DNA of 63,386 nucleotides, counting the filler, from Circinaria calcarea (lineage: Eukaryota): NCBI GenBank assembly GCA_051942165.1. It is 8 parts of 8 records of this genome, joined end to end, with 100 filler letters (N's around TTAATTAATTAA, not from the genome) between each part and the next. Parts side by side here need not be neighbours in the genome. Positions count along the whole stretch, not along the records: positions 7,944 to 15,785 come from JAVECS010001233.1; positions 15,886 to 23,726 come from JAVECS010001234.1; positions 23,827 to 31,662 come from JAVECS010001235.1; 5 more parts are not named here. One strand, 5' to 3'. The notes below the pieces were generated by a model that saw only the letters and a program-made list of their open reading frames with translations, ran no database searches and was not told the origin of the DNA. Below are positions 12,998 through 27,200 of the stretch, piece by piece (position 1 is the first letter of the stretch; each line of letters begins with the position of its first letter). The translations under genes and the position numbers were made by a program.

Positions 12998-13732
12998 GAC
13001 CCAGAGTTTGGGAGATTCTTCCACGTTCTCTCTACATCACCTGTTACTCTTCAAGGGAGATTGTTCGGCAGATGGACTACCTATGTGGCTACCTTCTACT
13101 GAGACTACATATTCAAAGCGCGTTTTGAGATACTCCCACCATCCACGTATACCCACCAGGAAAGCATGACTCTGGGGAGTTTACCTTTGCTAGGGACATG
13201 GCATCTGAAGTTCTTGAATAAAGCATAGCCACTGTCAGCGTTAATGTATCACTGTAAATCTATCATCAAAGGAACTGAAATCCGTTCGTCCTCGGCCCAC
13301 ATTCACGAATGGTGGGAGTATACCAAATGTAGACTAGCGCCTGGCTCCTTGGGAAACGGCTAGAGCAGGTGCTGCGACTGCCTAAGCATTTCGTCAAAGT
13401 CTCTGGCAAAAGGAAGATAACCACCCGCAACGACTCGTATGACCATCTGCTCGACTTCTCGAATCAACCACATCTCAACTTCCAACCCTTCCACCGTCGT
13501 CGCATACGGTCGGTGCCATTACGATAAGACAGCGAATTGGCCGTAGGTGAAACGGCTTTGTCTTTGAAGCGGTAGGTCTTTGAGCCTCCCAACAGCCTCG
13601 CATTTTCCGACCTCTACCGCCCGACCATCTCCTCCAAACGTGATTATAAACAGCACAACTGTCCAACTCCACCACTCTACCTGCGCTTACTACTTCGAAA
13701 AGGATCCTGCTAACGTGGTCGGTATCATCAAG

Positions 13733-14720
13733 ATGGCTGAGATTCGCCGCAAACTCGTCATCGTCGGTGATGGTGCCTGCGGAAAGACGTGTCTATTGAT
13801 GTAAGCAGCATCAAATCACACCAAAAGACCTTCAAACCACCATAGATATCACAGCAATCGGTAGCTAACGATCGTCGCTTTGGTAGTGTCTTCTCCAAGG
13901 GTACCTTTCCTGAGGTTAGCATAACTACCTTGGAGCAATCCTCAACCCTTGTACAACATACATCTACTGCGGATTTTGTTGTGGCTTGGAGTAGGAACAT
14001 TGGGTTCGCAACCGTTCCGATGCTGATGCTCCCGCCTGACAGGTATATGTGCCTACTGTCTTCGAAAATTATGTTGCAGATGTCGAAGTCGACGGAAAGC
14101 ATGTGGAGCTAGCGTTATGGGATACGGCAGGTCAAGAAGATTACGATCGTCTTCGCCCTCTTTCTTATCCGGATTCTCACGTTATCCTCATCTGTTTCGC
14201 TGTCGACTCTCCGGATTCCCTTGATAACGTCCAGGAGAAGGTACTCGAATTTTATTAGACGTCAAGAACACTTCTGGTGTGTTTGGGCTTGATGAGCTAA
14301 TATAGTTTTGATGAGCTAGTGGATTTCTGAAGTCCTTCATTTCTGCCCTGGTCTCCCGATAATCCTCGTTGGCTGCAAAAAGGATCTTCGCTACGATCAG
14401 AAAACCCTCGAAGAACTGCACAAGACATCGCAAAAGCCAGTGACCCCCGAACAGGTAAGATTCCAAAACCCTGCAATAACGCCTTTTTGCCCCGGAGTTG
14501 TCTGGATGCGCATAGCAGTTGTTTCAAAATCGGAGCTAGCTAGCTAATCTCCTAATGCGAACAGGGCGAGGAGGTCAGAAGGAAGATCGGCGCTGCCAAG
14601 TACCTGGAGTGCTCTGCCAAGACTAACGATGGAGTACGAGAGGTTTTTGAGCATGCTACCCGCTCAGCGCTTTTGTCAAAGACATCCAAGAAGCCCAAAC
14701 CCAAGTGCTTGATACTTTAG
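13733..14720 (+). CDS. rho1: Rho1/RhoA GTPase, 5 exons
   Basis: [58 protein letters not shown]-terminal CAAX box CLIL*. Confidence 0.97.
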
Positions 14721-15403
14721 GTTACGGGTTAAGTACGGAGGAGGTGGGCGACGTCAGGGGATGTGGATTGTCAACGGTAGGAAGCTGGGTCGTTTAAATT
14801 GGTGCAGTGGTTGGGGCCGTCTTTCAGAGGTGGCCATTCGGCAATGATATCGTCCGCCTCGGCCGGCTGTTTTATTTGGAATGTTTACAACTACGTGTTT
14901 TTCTCCATCCGAATCATGCGGCTCCCTTTCAAAGACTTCCATCCGTTGGCGCAATCTCGATTGGAAGGGGCGACTACATACGCGGTGCAAGAATTCATGA
15001 TGATTAAGTTGAAGCAGGTGGTGCGCTGGAGGCCCTCCGTCTGTCTTTCTTCGGGTCTACCGCGTTGGCATATCCCAGGGCTTGAACCATATGGCCCTTT
15101 TTCCATTCTATATGCTTGCTATCCCCCATGTCCTGCCTCTCTCGCTCTCTCTGTGCGCATACAGCGGTTGTAATAGTTATCCAATGGCGTCTATATCTCA
15201 CTTCTGGATTTCTTTCAGCATCCGACACTACAACGGGCATGAATCTGTGAATCTGTTTAAATGTGAACGTTTTCCTCATCATTGATGATCAAACACGTCG
15301 TATACATACAGCCATTTTATCACGATTGGGCCATAATTGACCCTCCATGACTCTAGTCCAAAAATTCCCGGAGAATTTGTCCGTTTTGCAACAACGGGAA
15401 ACC

Positions 15404-15565
15404 CCCTCCTCCTCCTCCTCCTCCTCCTCCTCATGGAGCATTTTGTCAGGACATTGGAACTGCACAGTATAGCATACCATAGCAACTATGGGGGTACCTC
15501 GGATATGTTCGGCAACCAATCGTCTCCTGCCCTAACCCTAGCCTAGCCTAGCCTAACCTAGCCTA
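15404..15565. repeat. Simple repeats: (CCT)n and (CCTAG/CCTAA)n
   Basis: About 9-10 CCT units at 15404-15432 and degenerate CCTAG/CCTAA pentamers at 15531-15564. Confidence 0.8.
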
Positions 15566-15785
15566 TGCATTGGCGTATACTAAAACTCTTCTGTGGTAAG
15601 CCAAAGAGTGGAAACGGTTCCCAACTCTCCTTGGTCATTTCTAACCCCCCTTCCTTCCCTTTTCCCTTTTTCGCAGTTCGAGGTTTAAATTCACTTCTAA
15701 TGGCAATGGCAGTGGCAATGGGCATGTAATGAATGGATTGATGAGTGTATTATTTTTTTTTTTGGGGGGGGGGCGGGGCCAGGGA

Positions 15786-15885
15786 NNNNNNNNNNNNNNN
15801 NNNNNNNNNNNNNNNNNNNNNNNNNNNNNTTAATTAATTAANNNNNNNNNNNNNNNNNNNNNNNNNNNNNNNNNNNNNNNNNNNN
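15786..15885. other. Artificial contig linker
   Basis: N44-TTAATTAATTAA-N44. Confidence 0.99.
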
Positions 15886-15983
15886 ACTCCATTTGCCCCC
15901 GAAATCAGGCAAAATCCGGGCGTAATGTTTTGATGTATATACATTACGCCCGGATTTTGCCTGATTTCGGGGGCAAATGGAGT
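15886..15983. repeat. Perfect 43-bp inverted repeat with a 12-nt spacer at the contig start
   Basis: 15886..15928 is the exact reverse complement of 15941..15983. Confidence 0.95.
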
Positions 15984-16324
15984 TTCTCCCCAGAAGTAAA
16001 ATTCACAAGATCGTGAGGGAAGAAAAAGTCCAATGCCCGTTTATCCAAACGTGCCGTTTATTCATTTATTTATTTTTTAAATAAACTCCTTGCCTAGTGT
16101 ATTTAAAGAAGGGGTATTGATCTCAGAGGTCTATAGCACAATTCAAGTATGAGATCCTGAAAAGAAGTTGGCTCTATTCCCACTATCTGGCTCGTGGATT
16201 CTCCGAGCTTTTATCATTAGAGTTGAAAGGACGTTGCTTCATTCCGTTGTGGTAAATAAATACTCAATTCGAAACGTCAAAGGCCCTTGTATAACCCAAA
16301 CATCAAAAAATGTGTCAGTCAGAC

Positions 16325-18233
16325 TCAAATCCATCCGCCAGGGAGATTCGCAGCTTGGTCTGATGACGGCGGAATTCGACCTTCATCCGGTGGATGTAAC
16401 CGTAACCCAGAAGGGACTTCTTCTTGGATTTGTGGAATAGGAGGTAAAGATTTCATCAGCTGATTGGGTCGGGTTTTGTATGCGGGGGAAGCTTTTCGCT
16501 TTGTTGCCCACTGACTCTTGAACGCAGGTTTACTGACTCGTGTGCGTGGCATAAGAACATCGACTGATGTGGCATCCGTACTCTGCCTCGATGAAGGATG
16601 CGGTGACTGATCTCGAACCGAGCGACTCGGGGTTGACTGGATTGGTAATTCGAGAGAAGCTGAGGAGGAATTATTGTTGTTCTTGTTGTAGGACGTCGTG
16701 TGACTTAGACGTAAGCCAATGTGTACCGTTTCAGTAGACTGATTGGAGAAATCTCGCCGGTAGTTCTGTGAAAAGAGAGGAGCGGGAGCATGGATAATTT
16801 CGTCATCCCGTCCAGAAGGGGCAGTGCTCCATGAGGGTTTCTGTACGAAAGAACTCTTAGGAAAGACAGAGTAGCTTGATTTCGCTGAGACTTGCCGCGT
16901 AACCGACTTTGGAGGTGGCGGTACTCGAGTGGAAGGCATTTGAGCTGTCTCGAGGTGTGCGACAGTAGTCTCCTGAACACGAGGTTTGGTTGAATTGTTT
17001 ACGACCTTCATGTCTGTGGAATACCTGCTCGGCGTCTCCTGGGTGTTGCCACTTCGTTTAAGCATTACAGGTGTAGATATGTGCACGCCGATACCCAGGT
17101 CATTCCGTCCGAAGAGACGTATTCGACGTTTTTCGGACCAAGAGGTATCTGCGGGACGGATAGCTAATCGCTCAGAATTCGTCCGCAGAATCAAATACAA
17201 TAGACCGTTGGAAAGGCCACTCAGATTGACGACGATGCTGGCCATATAAGATATGTGCAATGCAACCTGGCCCATCAGTATCTGGACAAAGTACGGTATG
17301 GTGAGGGCCTATATATGGTTAGCGGGTAATCTCTCTCAAGGTGGCTAGTCATACAAGGATGAAGACGCCGATAATGAGATAGTAAACGGTCCTTGTAGCT
17401 GCGATGCGTTCGTCCCTGTCCACGTCTATAGTCCTGACGAGCTGTATAGTGATGATGGCGGCACTCAGAATATAGATGAAGCATAGACTGGAGCCAAGAA
17501 CTAGTCCAATTTCTGCGTAGTGCCCGGTCCACCAAATCAGAGTGGCTAAGCAGTGATTCTCGGCTGGAAGCAGCAGCGAAGGTACCCAAGTTGCTATGAT
17601 GAGAACCATGACTGCCAGTATACAGATAAGCGTATCCCAATTCCCCCGCTTGCGGAACCGTATGCGTTTGAAAGACCGGATTGTGGTCTCAAGCCCAAAC
17701 ACGAGCAATGTGTAAGCGACAATCCACAGCGCTAAGTCTTCATCAGCTACCATGATTGTGTAATAATGCCAGTAGACTTACCTGGCCAGACAATTTCTGC
17801 GGTTTTCCTGCAGCCTGTGACAAAGACACTTTGCATACCCTTACTCTGTACCGCAATGAAAACGGATCCTTGAAGTATCACGGCTACAGAAATGACAAGA
17901 GGAAACAGTTCTGCTGGGTGTATGATAGCCCTATACCGTACATGACTAAATTGATTTGTTAGGAAAGTACTGGAGTAAATATCTCAGGATAGCTTGCCGT
18001 TTTCTGCTTGGAATGGCCTGCTCACGGGTCGTGAAGGTATCAAAGAGAATGCTCCCCAATACAGCCAATGCCGCGGCAACGTTGAAAGAACCAATGATGA
18101 TGATAGTTATCCTGGTCCGCCGACTGTTCTCAAGGACCAATTGCTCAATGAGTTCCATGGTAGGACCACCGGGCTGGGAAACATCCGATGCCAACCTGTC
18201 TGTAATGTCCACAGACCTGATTGTACTGAACAT
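16325..18233 (-). CDS. Fungal multi-pass membrane protein with long Ser/Pro-rich C-terminal tail, 4 exons
   Basis: Spliced hydrophobic segments IIIIGSFNVAAALAVLGSILFD|HPAELFPLVISVAVILQG...IVWP|ALWIVAYTLLVFGLET...ERIAATRTVYYL, then ORF 16325..17275. Confidence 0.75.
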
Positions 18234-19684
18234 TCTTCGGCTCTCCTCTAGGTTTCCGGCCTTCTCTATTCCTACGCTCAAGAATGATCTGTGATAGCCA
18301 TTGGAGCGTCCGATGGTTCAGTGGTAGAAAGTGACAGGAGTAAGTTGCGAGAGAATGTTGAGAGATGCTCTATACGAATCATCCATTCTGCCAGATTTCG
18401 AAGCGGTGGTCTCTCGCAAAGATAACAGACAGATAGGACTAAGAGAAACGATTCCTGCTACAGTGGCTCGGGAGAGCGATGCATGATGCTTAACGAAATT
18501 AAGCATGACCTTGGTAATTCCCCAAGGCCATGCAGGGATCGTCACTTCGCACATGGGCAGGGCAGAAACCCTTGAGCAAATCCTCATAGCTTAAAAATGA
18601 TGGAAGCGCCATGCATGTAGATGAGGAAGACGTGAGGCTCAATTGGTTTCACAGAACAGTCGCGAAGAGCGATACTCCGCGGACCACCCGGCTAGAGCTG
18701 TGACGCACGTTAAACTACAGGTGCTGCGCCATGTTGAAAGCGCGATGCGCAAGCAGACACGTTGAAAGACGAGGAAGAATAATGTTCCTGGAAGCAGTTG
18801 CTCGGAAACGATGCGCTTGAAGCTCATCGGCGGCAATGATGACTACAGATCATCCCCCCCATCTGTCATTGAACGCTTACATACCTGATAAGCCGTGATC
18901 CGCCTAGGCGGGTCAGAACCCCCACGGGAATGGCAGTGCACGATGTTCGGAATAGAGTGAAACGGTACGCATAAGGGATATGGTCTTAAGCGAGTTTCAG
19001 GTCATCAGCGGCCGTCATCCTGGCCCCGTGGTGGTAAGAGCTTAGGCTTCACGAGTGCTGGCCTCTTGACAAGGCCAGTCTCAAGGAGTAACCTTAAACA
19101 TGATTTTACCAATGGTTCTCATGCTGAGGTGGCTTTCAACAGACCACCCTGGATTAGCTTATAGAACGCGGAGAGTTTATTCCACCTCGCCGCTTAGCCA
19201 TCCATAAACAGAGATGAACATATGAAAACAGACAAAAGACTTATGGATACTGGCTAGAAGCGTTCACGGGTTTTTCAAGTCGAGTGATGGAATGACGATA
19301 AGGGGTGTTGGGTGAATGGAATAGAAATTGGTAGCGAAACAATAAACGCGTTCTGGAAGACGGGTGATAGTTTCCATCTATAATGACAAGGGAAATATGA
19401 GAAGTTTCCAAGGCGCACTTAGAGTTGTAGAAAACTCAATGCCTTGTATGTAGGTACATTTCTGAGTATAACGACGCACGATTCGAGTAACGGGAATGAT
19501 TATTGTTGATATTATTGAAACCCACAAGAGGCGTTGGATCGTGTCGAGACAGGAAAGCCAAGGGAGACTAGTCTTAGGTTGTTTTAGCGTTAGATTGCGC
19601 TTCACATGCGATTTATCGTGGTTGGTTCTAAAATTAGTTGCCGACTGCAAAGGTACTTATAGAATAAGCACCGAATAATAATGT

Positions 19685-22564
19685 ATGAAGAAGTCGATGA
19701 AGTCCTTGGCCTTTCGGCCCGTATTGAAGCCATGGAGTTCACCGCATTCTCGTCACAACTCCCGCCATAGAAATAATTTACGGGTTTTGTCGACGAGTAC
19801 CGCCCACACGCGACCCGATTTCCAAGCTATCGATGCAAAATGGCAGAAACAATGGCAAACTACACGCCTGGGTCATGCCTCAACGAAAGAGGGCCCGAAA
19901 TCATATGTTCTCCCAATGTTCCCATATCCATCCGGTACACTCCATATGGGCCATCTACGTGTCTATACCATTGCCGACGTTTTGGCGCGTTACCAGCAAA
20001 TGCAGGGTAAACATGTCATGTATCCCATGGGATGGGATGCCTTCGGGTTACCAGCGGAGAACGCTGCCATTGAAAGAGGCGTGGAGCCGGCAGCGTGGAC
20101 CATACAGAACATCAGTAAAATGAAGGATCAGCTACGAGCTATGAATGGAGGATTCGACTGGAGCAGCGAATTTATGACTTGTGATCCCGACTTCTACAAG
20201 CACACCCAGCATATCTTTTTGATGTTGCACAAACGAGGCCTTGCGTATCAAGCCGAATCATTCGTTAACTATGACCCTGTCGACAGGACAGTCCTTGCAA
20301 ACGAGCAGGTTGATGTTAATGGTTTTTCATGGAGATCCGGCGCCAAGGTAGAGAAACGGTTGTTGAAGCAGTGGTATCTACGCATTACAGATTTCAAAGA
20401 GGCCCTTCTCAAGGGCCTTGATTACCTGGGGGAGGATAAGAAATGGCCTGAACGAGTACTTGCCATGCAACGCAACTGGCTCGGCAGATCTGAAGGGGCA
20501 CGGATTAAGTTTCAAATCAAGACGAATGTAGGCAGGGAGAAAGCAAAAGAATCGGTGGTGGTGTTTACCACTCGACCTGACACTCTGTTCGGAGTGCAGT
20601 ACATTGCGCTTTCGGTTTCTCATCCCATTGTTGCACGCTTAGCCCCAAGGTACCCAGAATTACAGTCATTTTTGAACATGGCTCCTTCGTTGCCGACAGA
20701 TACGAAAACTGGTTTTATCCTACCTGAAATATATGCTTTAAATCCCCTTTGCTTATTGAACAATTCATCAGAGCACGTCCGTGAGCCTTTACCTGTATAT
20801 GTTGTGCCGTACGTCTTGAATGATTATGGGGAAGGAGCAGTTATGGGTGTCCCCGGGCATGACACACGCGATCATGCCTTTTGGATGCAAAATGGAGGCA
20901 AGGAAGCCATCCGTCAAGTGATATTGTCCACCAAGCTTCTCGTTGATGCTAAACCCGCCCAAGTAGGGAATAAGATTCAAGATGTGCCCTTCCTATCTCA
21001 CGGTATCTTGTCTGCATCATGTGGTGAGCTGGCCGGTCTTACGTCTGCTGATGCATCGACAAAGATTATAAGTGCTCTTAGGTCCGCTGGTAACTTTGCA
21101 GAGCCCGCTGAGTCGTGGAGACTTCGTGATTGGTTGGTTAGCCGACAGCGATATTGGGGTACACCGATTCCAATTGTTCATTGCTCATCATGCGGAGCGA
21201 TACCTGTCCCTATCGACCAATTACCAGTCGAGTTACCGAAGTTGGAAGGAAGTTGGTTCCTGAGAAAAGGAGGCAATCCCCTTGACTCTGCACCGCATTG
21301 GGTGAATACCACATGTCCTAGCTGCGGAGAGCATGCAAAGCGGGATACTGACACTATGGATACCTTTGTGGATTCGTCCTGGTATTTTATGCGTTTTCCC
21401 AGTGCCCATGTTTCCCATGAGCCGTTCTCTCCAGACTTGACAGACTCGATGCTGCCTGTTGACATTTACATCGGTGGCGTCGAGCACGCGATCCTTCATC
21501 TACTCTATGCCCGCTTTCTCTCCAAGTTCCTAGCATCCACTCCTTTGTGGCCTTCAGGGGGAGGTCCGAAGAATAAGGGCGAGCCTTTTCAAAAGCTCAT
21601 CACCCAAGGAATGGTGCACGGAAAAACCTTTTCAGATCCCGAGACCGGACGTTTCCTGAAGCTTGAGGAGGTTGATCTGAGTGATCCTCTTACACCGAAA
21701 ATCAAGCTTACAGGTAAAGTTCCCAATATTAGCTGGGAGAAGATGAGTAAGAGCAAGCATAACGGGGTAGATCCCAAAACTTGTATTGAAAAGTATGGAG
21801 CTGACGCAACACGAGCACATATGCTATTCCAAGCTCCTATCGGCGAAGTACTCCAGTGGGAGGAGGACCGCATCGTGGGTATCCATCGATGGTTCGGCCG
21901 TATTTGGCGTCTTGTAGCAGACGTCTCCTTTGCAACTTCCAAAAACCAAGACCACATTGGAGCCACGAACCGAATCCCATGGCCATCCCTCTCCTCCCTC
22001 TTAAACACCGAAAAGGCCATCTGGATCACACTCCAAGACACCATCGCCTCCGTCTCCACCGCCTTCAGCACCACCTACACCCTCAACACCGCCGTCTCCG
22101 ACCTCATCAAGCTCACAAACACTCTCACCGCCTCTCCCCTCACAAACATCCCCCTCGCCTACCACGCTACCAGTGCCCTCCTCCGCATGCTCGCGCCCAT
22201 CGCCCCTGCCTACGCAGAGGAGTGCTGGGAACTCCTTCACCCCCCTTCTTCTCCTCCTCTCCCAAAAGTAAGCATCTTCCAACACCCTTTCCCCACGCCC
22301 GAGGATGTCCCCGTGAGCGAGACGCAGACGTGCTCCGTGCAAGAGAATGGGAAACTGCGCTTCACGGTCGAGATCACGAGACCTCCTGCTGAGTTGCTGG
22401 GGGAGGGCAAGGAAGAGCGGTTCAAGGAGTGGGTTTTGGGGCAGATTGAGGGAACGGAGGAGGGAGCGAGGTGGTTGCGGAGTCGCAGGGAGAGGGAAGG
22501 CGGGAAGGGTTGGAAGAGGGTGGTTTGTGTGAGGGGGGGAAGGACAGTGAATTTTGTGGGATGA
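19685..22564 (+). CDS. NAM2: Leucyl-tRNA synthetase, mitochondrial (intronless)
   Basis: 959-aa ORF with [13 protein letters not shown] (HIGH), [10 protein letters not shown] editing domain, [17 protein letters not shown] and a basic N-terminal presequence. Confidence 0.96.
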   Translation: MKKSMKSLAFRPVLKPWSSPHSRHNSRHRNNLRVLSTSTAHTRPDFQAIDAKWQKQWQTTRLGHASTKEGPKSYVLPMFPYPSGTLHMGHLRVYTIADVLARYQQMQGKHVMYPMGWDAFGLPAENAAIERGVEPAAWTIQNISKMKDQLRAMNGGFDWSSEFMTCDPDFYKHTQHIFLMLHKRGLAYQAESFVNYDPVDRTVLANEQVDVNGFSWRSGAKVEKRLLKQWYLRITDFKEALLKGLDYLGEDKKWPERVLAMQRNWLGRSEGARIKFQIKTNVGREKAKESVVVFTTRPDTLFGVQYIALSVSHPIVARLAPRYPELQSFLNMAPSLPTDTKTGFILPEIYALNPLCLLNNSSEHVREPLPVYVVPYVLNDYGEGAVMGVPGHDTRDHAFWMQNGGKEAIRQVILSTKLLVDAKPAQVGNKIQDVPFLSHGILSASCGELAGLTSADASTKIISALRSAGNFAEPAESWRLRDWLVSRQRYWGTPIPIVHCSSCGAIPVPIDQLPVELPKLEGSWFLRKGGNPLDSAPHWVNTTCPSCGEHAKRDTDTMDTFVDSSWYFMRFPSAHVSHEPFSPDLTDSMLPVDIYIGGVEHAILHLLYARFLSKFLASTPLWPSGGGPKNKGEPFQKLITQGMVHGKTFSDPETGRFLKLEEVDLSDPLTPKIKLTGKVPNISWEKMSKSKHNGVDPKTCIEKYGADATRAHMLFQAPIGEVLQWEEDRIVGIHRWFGRIWRLVADVSFATSKNQDHIGATNRIPWPSLSSLLNTEKAIWITLQDTIASVSTAFSTTYTLNTAVSDLIKLTNTLTASPLTNIPLAYHATSALLRMLAPIAPAYAEECWELLHPPSSPPLPKVSIFQHPFPTPEDVPVSETQTCSVQENGKLRFTVEITRPPAELLGEGKEERFKEWVLGQIEGTEEGARWLRSRREREGGKGWKRVVCVRGGRTVNFVG

Positions 22565-23726
22565 AAAGTCGTGTGAGTTGGGGGCCGGTTGGGTCAGAGG
22601 ACGCCTTTTTTATGTTTCATTGACTAGAAGAATGTCAGGGGAGAAGCGTCTTTGGTATTTTTTAACCCTTTTTTCTTGACATGGGGACGGCAGCTCCGCT
22701 TCGCTTGTAGAATCACAGTATACGCTCCCTCGTCTTGTCTCATCGCTGGATCGATCAAAAGATTACGAGTTAGCACCGTGGACCTTTTTTTTTTTTTTTT
22801 TTTTTTTTTGGCCAAAACGGGCCAGAAGTTTAAATAACGTGGACGTGTCAAACGAATATGTTTTATTTCAGATCTAATCGCGATATACCTAGGTGAAATT
22901 TACCTACTACGTAGTAAAGGTACCTAAAGATACCCCCCCCCCCTCTCTCTCTCTCTCTGACTGTCTATCTATACTATTCTGTCAGCTACGGAATTGGCCA
23001 ACCAGCTTGGTACTCCCGTAAGGGATGGCCAATGCTTGTGAGATCCGGTTCATGGTACGGCGTAGGTAGGCATTGTAGGGAACTGTAGGGAACTGTTTTC
23101 AAGACTACCTTATCTACTCTGAGTTTATAGACGTTGAGCTCGTTTACGAGTAAAAATAATCATTTGTGATTTCCTATCCTCTAACCCCCTCCCCCCATAC
23201 CTATGCAACTATGCATGCGAGAGAGAGAGAGAGGGTAGGTCCATGTATTCTGCGACTAGAATTTGAATACGATGCACCCCGTAACCCGCCCATCCGCTTG
23301 TCATACATATTACATTATAGAGTACATCATCGCACTCCGTACGAAATACTCAAAAGCAGACATTTTCCTTCTGGGTAGAAATCTCGAGTAAAGCCGTGAT
23401 TTGCCTGAACGATGCCCTAACTGGATTAACACCAGGTGGCGAGGGGAGTGGAGGCTATTCATTCCTATCCTTACGCTGAATGATCCATGGCGGGGGTTGG
23501 GAACTTTAATTACCTGAAGGGGATTGCTTGTACGGATGTAAAGGAAATGCGTGAGGACTGCTTTTTCGAGTCGGAAAAGAAGCTACCCGCGGTCCGAATG
23601 TTACATTTTGGTTTTACCAAAGGTTCCACGAAAATGAATTGAGAAAATGACAATAGGGATTGAAAGGTAAAGGCTACAGGAGGAGAGCCTTGATACGATT
23701 TCAATGCTATCCCAACATATTAAGGA

Positions 23727-23826
23727 NNNNNNNNNNNNNNNNNNNNNNNNNNNNNNNNNNNNNNNNNNNNTTAATTAATTAANNNNNNNNNNNNNNNNNN
23801 NNNNNNNNNNNNNNNNNNNNNNNNNN
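23727..23826. other. Artificial contig linker
   Basis: N44-TTAATTAATTAA-N44. Confidence 0.99.
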
Positions 23827-23933
23827 ACTATATACTGCATTACAGAAACCTCTGCTATACATGCGTCACGGTTGGTTACTTAACCTGCTCCGTAGGTTTG
23901 TTCCCACGTAGGGTCGAACCTCTGTTCTTGACA
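23827..23933 (+). repeat. Dispersed repeat, family B, copy 2 (cut by contig start)
   Basis: Aligns with 615..722 and ends TTCTTGACA. Confidence 0.6.
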
Positions 23934-24246
23934 GGGTATAGGGCGTAGAGAGGGGCAGCTTAGGTGGTATGGAGTGGGCCAGTAAGTTAAAGGCAGGCTA
24001 ATATCCTACCCCATATAGCAGGGTAGCGTTTAGGGTAAAACACCTCGATGTTAGGGTGTATAGCTTTTGTGGTATTCACCTCAAACTAGTATTCTGGGCC
24101 TTTGAATTGATATGGGCGAGGAAAAGATGAGGAACACGAAGTTAATTCGGGAGATTAAATGCCAGAGGGGCTAATGATAAACCAATCTCCTCGTATTTTA
24201 GCAAAACCCCTGTGTTTATTTCAAACCTATTTCAAACAGAGGAGAC

Positions 24247-27200
24247 TCAACAGCCAGAGGCACGACGGGTGCTTTTTCTCTCGGCAGCCGACAATATAAC
24301 ATATTTCCACAAAACATCGATTAATTCTCCGTGGCCATGATCTTGGGAAATATCACGCGGAGTCTTACCTCCGTGATTGGAACTGGTTAGACTTGCTCCA
24401 TAGCTAATCAGCAGTCCGATTATCTGCTCTTGACCTTGAACAGCCGCATAATGTAGTAGGGTATCTCCTTTTTCGTACCGAAAGCCGACGTTGAGCCCGT
24501 GCTCTAGTAAAGCTTTGACTATTTCTGCATTGCAATTCTGTACAGCTTTACGCATAACTGAGTAAATAAGGGGATTTCTGTAAATAGTGCCATCGGACTT
24601 GAGCTCGTCGGAATAATCGGAATTAGTAAGGATTTTGCTATTCTCCAATCTTCCGCATTCCACAGCTACTGCTGTCACGCTGTAGAGCTCATCTAAACTA
24701 AGGCCCTTTGCTTGAGTCAATACGTCGAGGAGCGGCGAACGTGCTTTTACACAGATTGCCTGCGCAGCATATATTTTTTCGGGGCGTGAAAGGCCAAGGG
24801 AGATCCAGTGGCTGAAAAGGGCAGAGTGATCGTTCTCAATGATCCAGTTGGTAACTTTTCTGGACTGACTGATCCATTCGCTGGCAGTCCACGGTGTCAC
24901 GCCCAGAGAGCTGTTGCCAGCCAAGAGGCCTTTCCATGCAGCCCAGGTCCGACAATGGCCTTCAGTAAAATCGGTTGTGTGTGCTAACCAAAATTCGCGA
25001 GCATAGCTAAGGAAAGCGTAATTTATTTGAAGCGTCTGAGCTGAGGAAATTATCCTATCGGATTTTTTTCGGGATATACTACGGACAAAGTCAAATCCTT
25101 TGGCCTGTCGAGCGTCCCAAAATCTGTCTAGTTTTAAAAAGGACTTCGAGATGCGGGAGTTAGAACCACTCGCAAGTGAGGTCTTTAAAATCTCTCTTGC
25201 TTCGATGGTTCTGTTCGGTTTGGCGTATCTAATGAGCTGTCTTTTGAAGTCGTTGAAATTAAGGTAGGTTACACAAATCTCACCCGCAAGGCGGTCAGAA
25301 TTCTGCATCCGAATATGAAACATATGTAGCTTCGGCTTTTGAATCAGGCTGAGGAAAAACTGTTTGACAGAATGATGTGCAAACTGCACAGTCATTTCCT
25401 CTTCCTCGACACTGACCATATTTCCGCAATAGGAAGGAATTTGGTTAACGTCATTCAATTGACGGTCCAGTTTCATGTACTCCTGACATGGCTCTATTGC
25501 AATCGCTTCCCGAAGTTCATCTAGAGACAGAGGTCGTTTGACAGCAGCAATCCATTTGAAAACTTTTGCAGCTGTACTTGATTTCCCACTATCGATGATT
25601 TTGTTCAAAATGCGCTCATATGTCTCGTCAAGGTTTTTTGGGAGATTGCGAATGATTTCTCTAATACCTTCATCGGTTTCTTGGTCACAAAGATCTTGTG
25701 TCTGAAAGTAAACCCATAGAAACCTTAATAACGTAGTTAGTCAAGGGGTTCGGAGTCTTGTATATAAGTATTTAGGTAGGCAATATGCATATTTCGAATA
25801 AGTGAGCCGTACGCACATGAGACACATCCCGAATATTAGACAGAAGTTTTGTATCTCCAATTACTAAATCACCGTCGCTATACCTTTCTCTTATTGTGTC
25901 TTCGATGTAGGATTGTATATCGCATCGAACTTCCGGGGATTTCATACCTCTGTGATAGATGGTCCCGAATTTATGCTTAAGATCTTGGCCAACCGATTCG
26001 CGACCGGCAATGAAAATCTTGACGTTGGAAGAGGTCGTTGAGAGAATACTCTCCAAGATGCTCAAAATCGAATTCGTTTCAGACTTGGCGCACTCATCCA
26101 GACCGTCAATGATGATGTATTGTTTCGGGGATGACTCGACCACATCAGCGAACAACTGCTTGAGGTCTACTATATCAGGGTCAGCGTTTTCGAATAGCCC
26201 AGCCAATCTTGTCTCGAGATTCGGAAAGTTGACACCCGTCTCGAGCGCTTGGCGAAGGAGCGAGCCTAGAATTGTCCTTGACTTCAGAGAATGTTCTTCA
26301 TCGTAACGGCAGAAGAATAAGCTGACTCTTTCGGAAGGTAATCGACGGCAGAATATATCGTCGATGATAGCGGCAGTGAGTACAGTTTTACCGGAACCAA
26401 GAATACCTGAACACCAGAAGACTGACGATTTATCGTCGTTCAGCCAGTGTTTGTAATCATCCGTCTTGCTCAACCATAAGCTCGTTGTTCCATGTCGCTT
26501 CTTGCGCATCTGTTTAAGGAGGGCCAAATGATCATAATTTGAAAGTCTTGCCATCAAGACATCTTCCACCTTTCTAGTCTTAAGTCAGTAAAGCTCTGAA
26601 TTCCAAAGCACGAATGGCAAGACCATCCGGAATAATGCTAATATGGACCATCATGAATTGCCTCAAAGCATGTCGAAGGTAGTCAAGTTCAGGGGCAAAA
26701 TGGTTAAGACAATAAATGTCCGCTCACGGGAACAGAAAAGCAACAGCTATTGTTGTTACAATCGCCTAGAACTCAGCTGGTAGGAAAAGTGGTTCTCACT
26801 TAGCCTGCGTTCCTCAGCCTGATATCTCCATTCCTGGATATCGGCACTATTCTTCGTATATTTCTGTCTGAATCTCCGAGTGTGCTCTCTATCAATGATC
26901 TGTAACTGTCGTTCTTGGTGTGCAGCTTTATCTGCGGCAAGGCGGATTTCCTCCCTAACTTCTTTGCTTTTTATCCGTAATTCGGTCTCGAAAGGGCCGA
27001 ATTCATTTTCGAATGGTCTGAAGATCGACTTCGCGGCATGCTCCAGAGCTGTACGTGGTATTTGTTACCTGGAGTCCGTTTAAAGAAAGAGAGTCAGTGG
27101 CCTTTTACTAACCCGTCCGCTGCAGAGACCCAACGGCGTGCTGGCAGAATCTAACGACTGTCGCGTAGAAGCTTAACAAGGCACTCTGTAGTCTAGGGGC

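Noticed and set aside
8652..14720. RhoGAP-domain gene near rho1 as a functional cluster
   Set aside because: Ordinary housekeeping neighbourhood; nothing in the sequence links them.
15531..15565. CCTAACCCTAG repeats as telomere or telomerase template
   Set aside because: Only about one CCCTAA-like unit within degenerate CCTAG pentamers; not a telomeric array.
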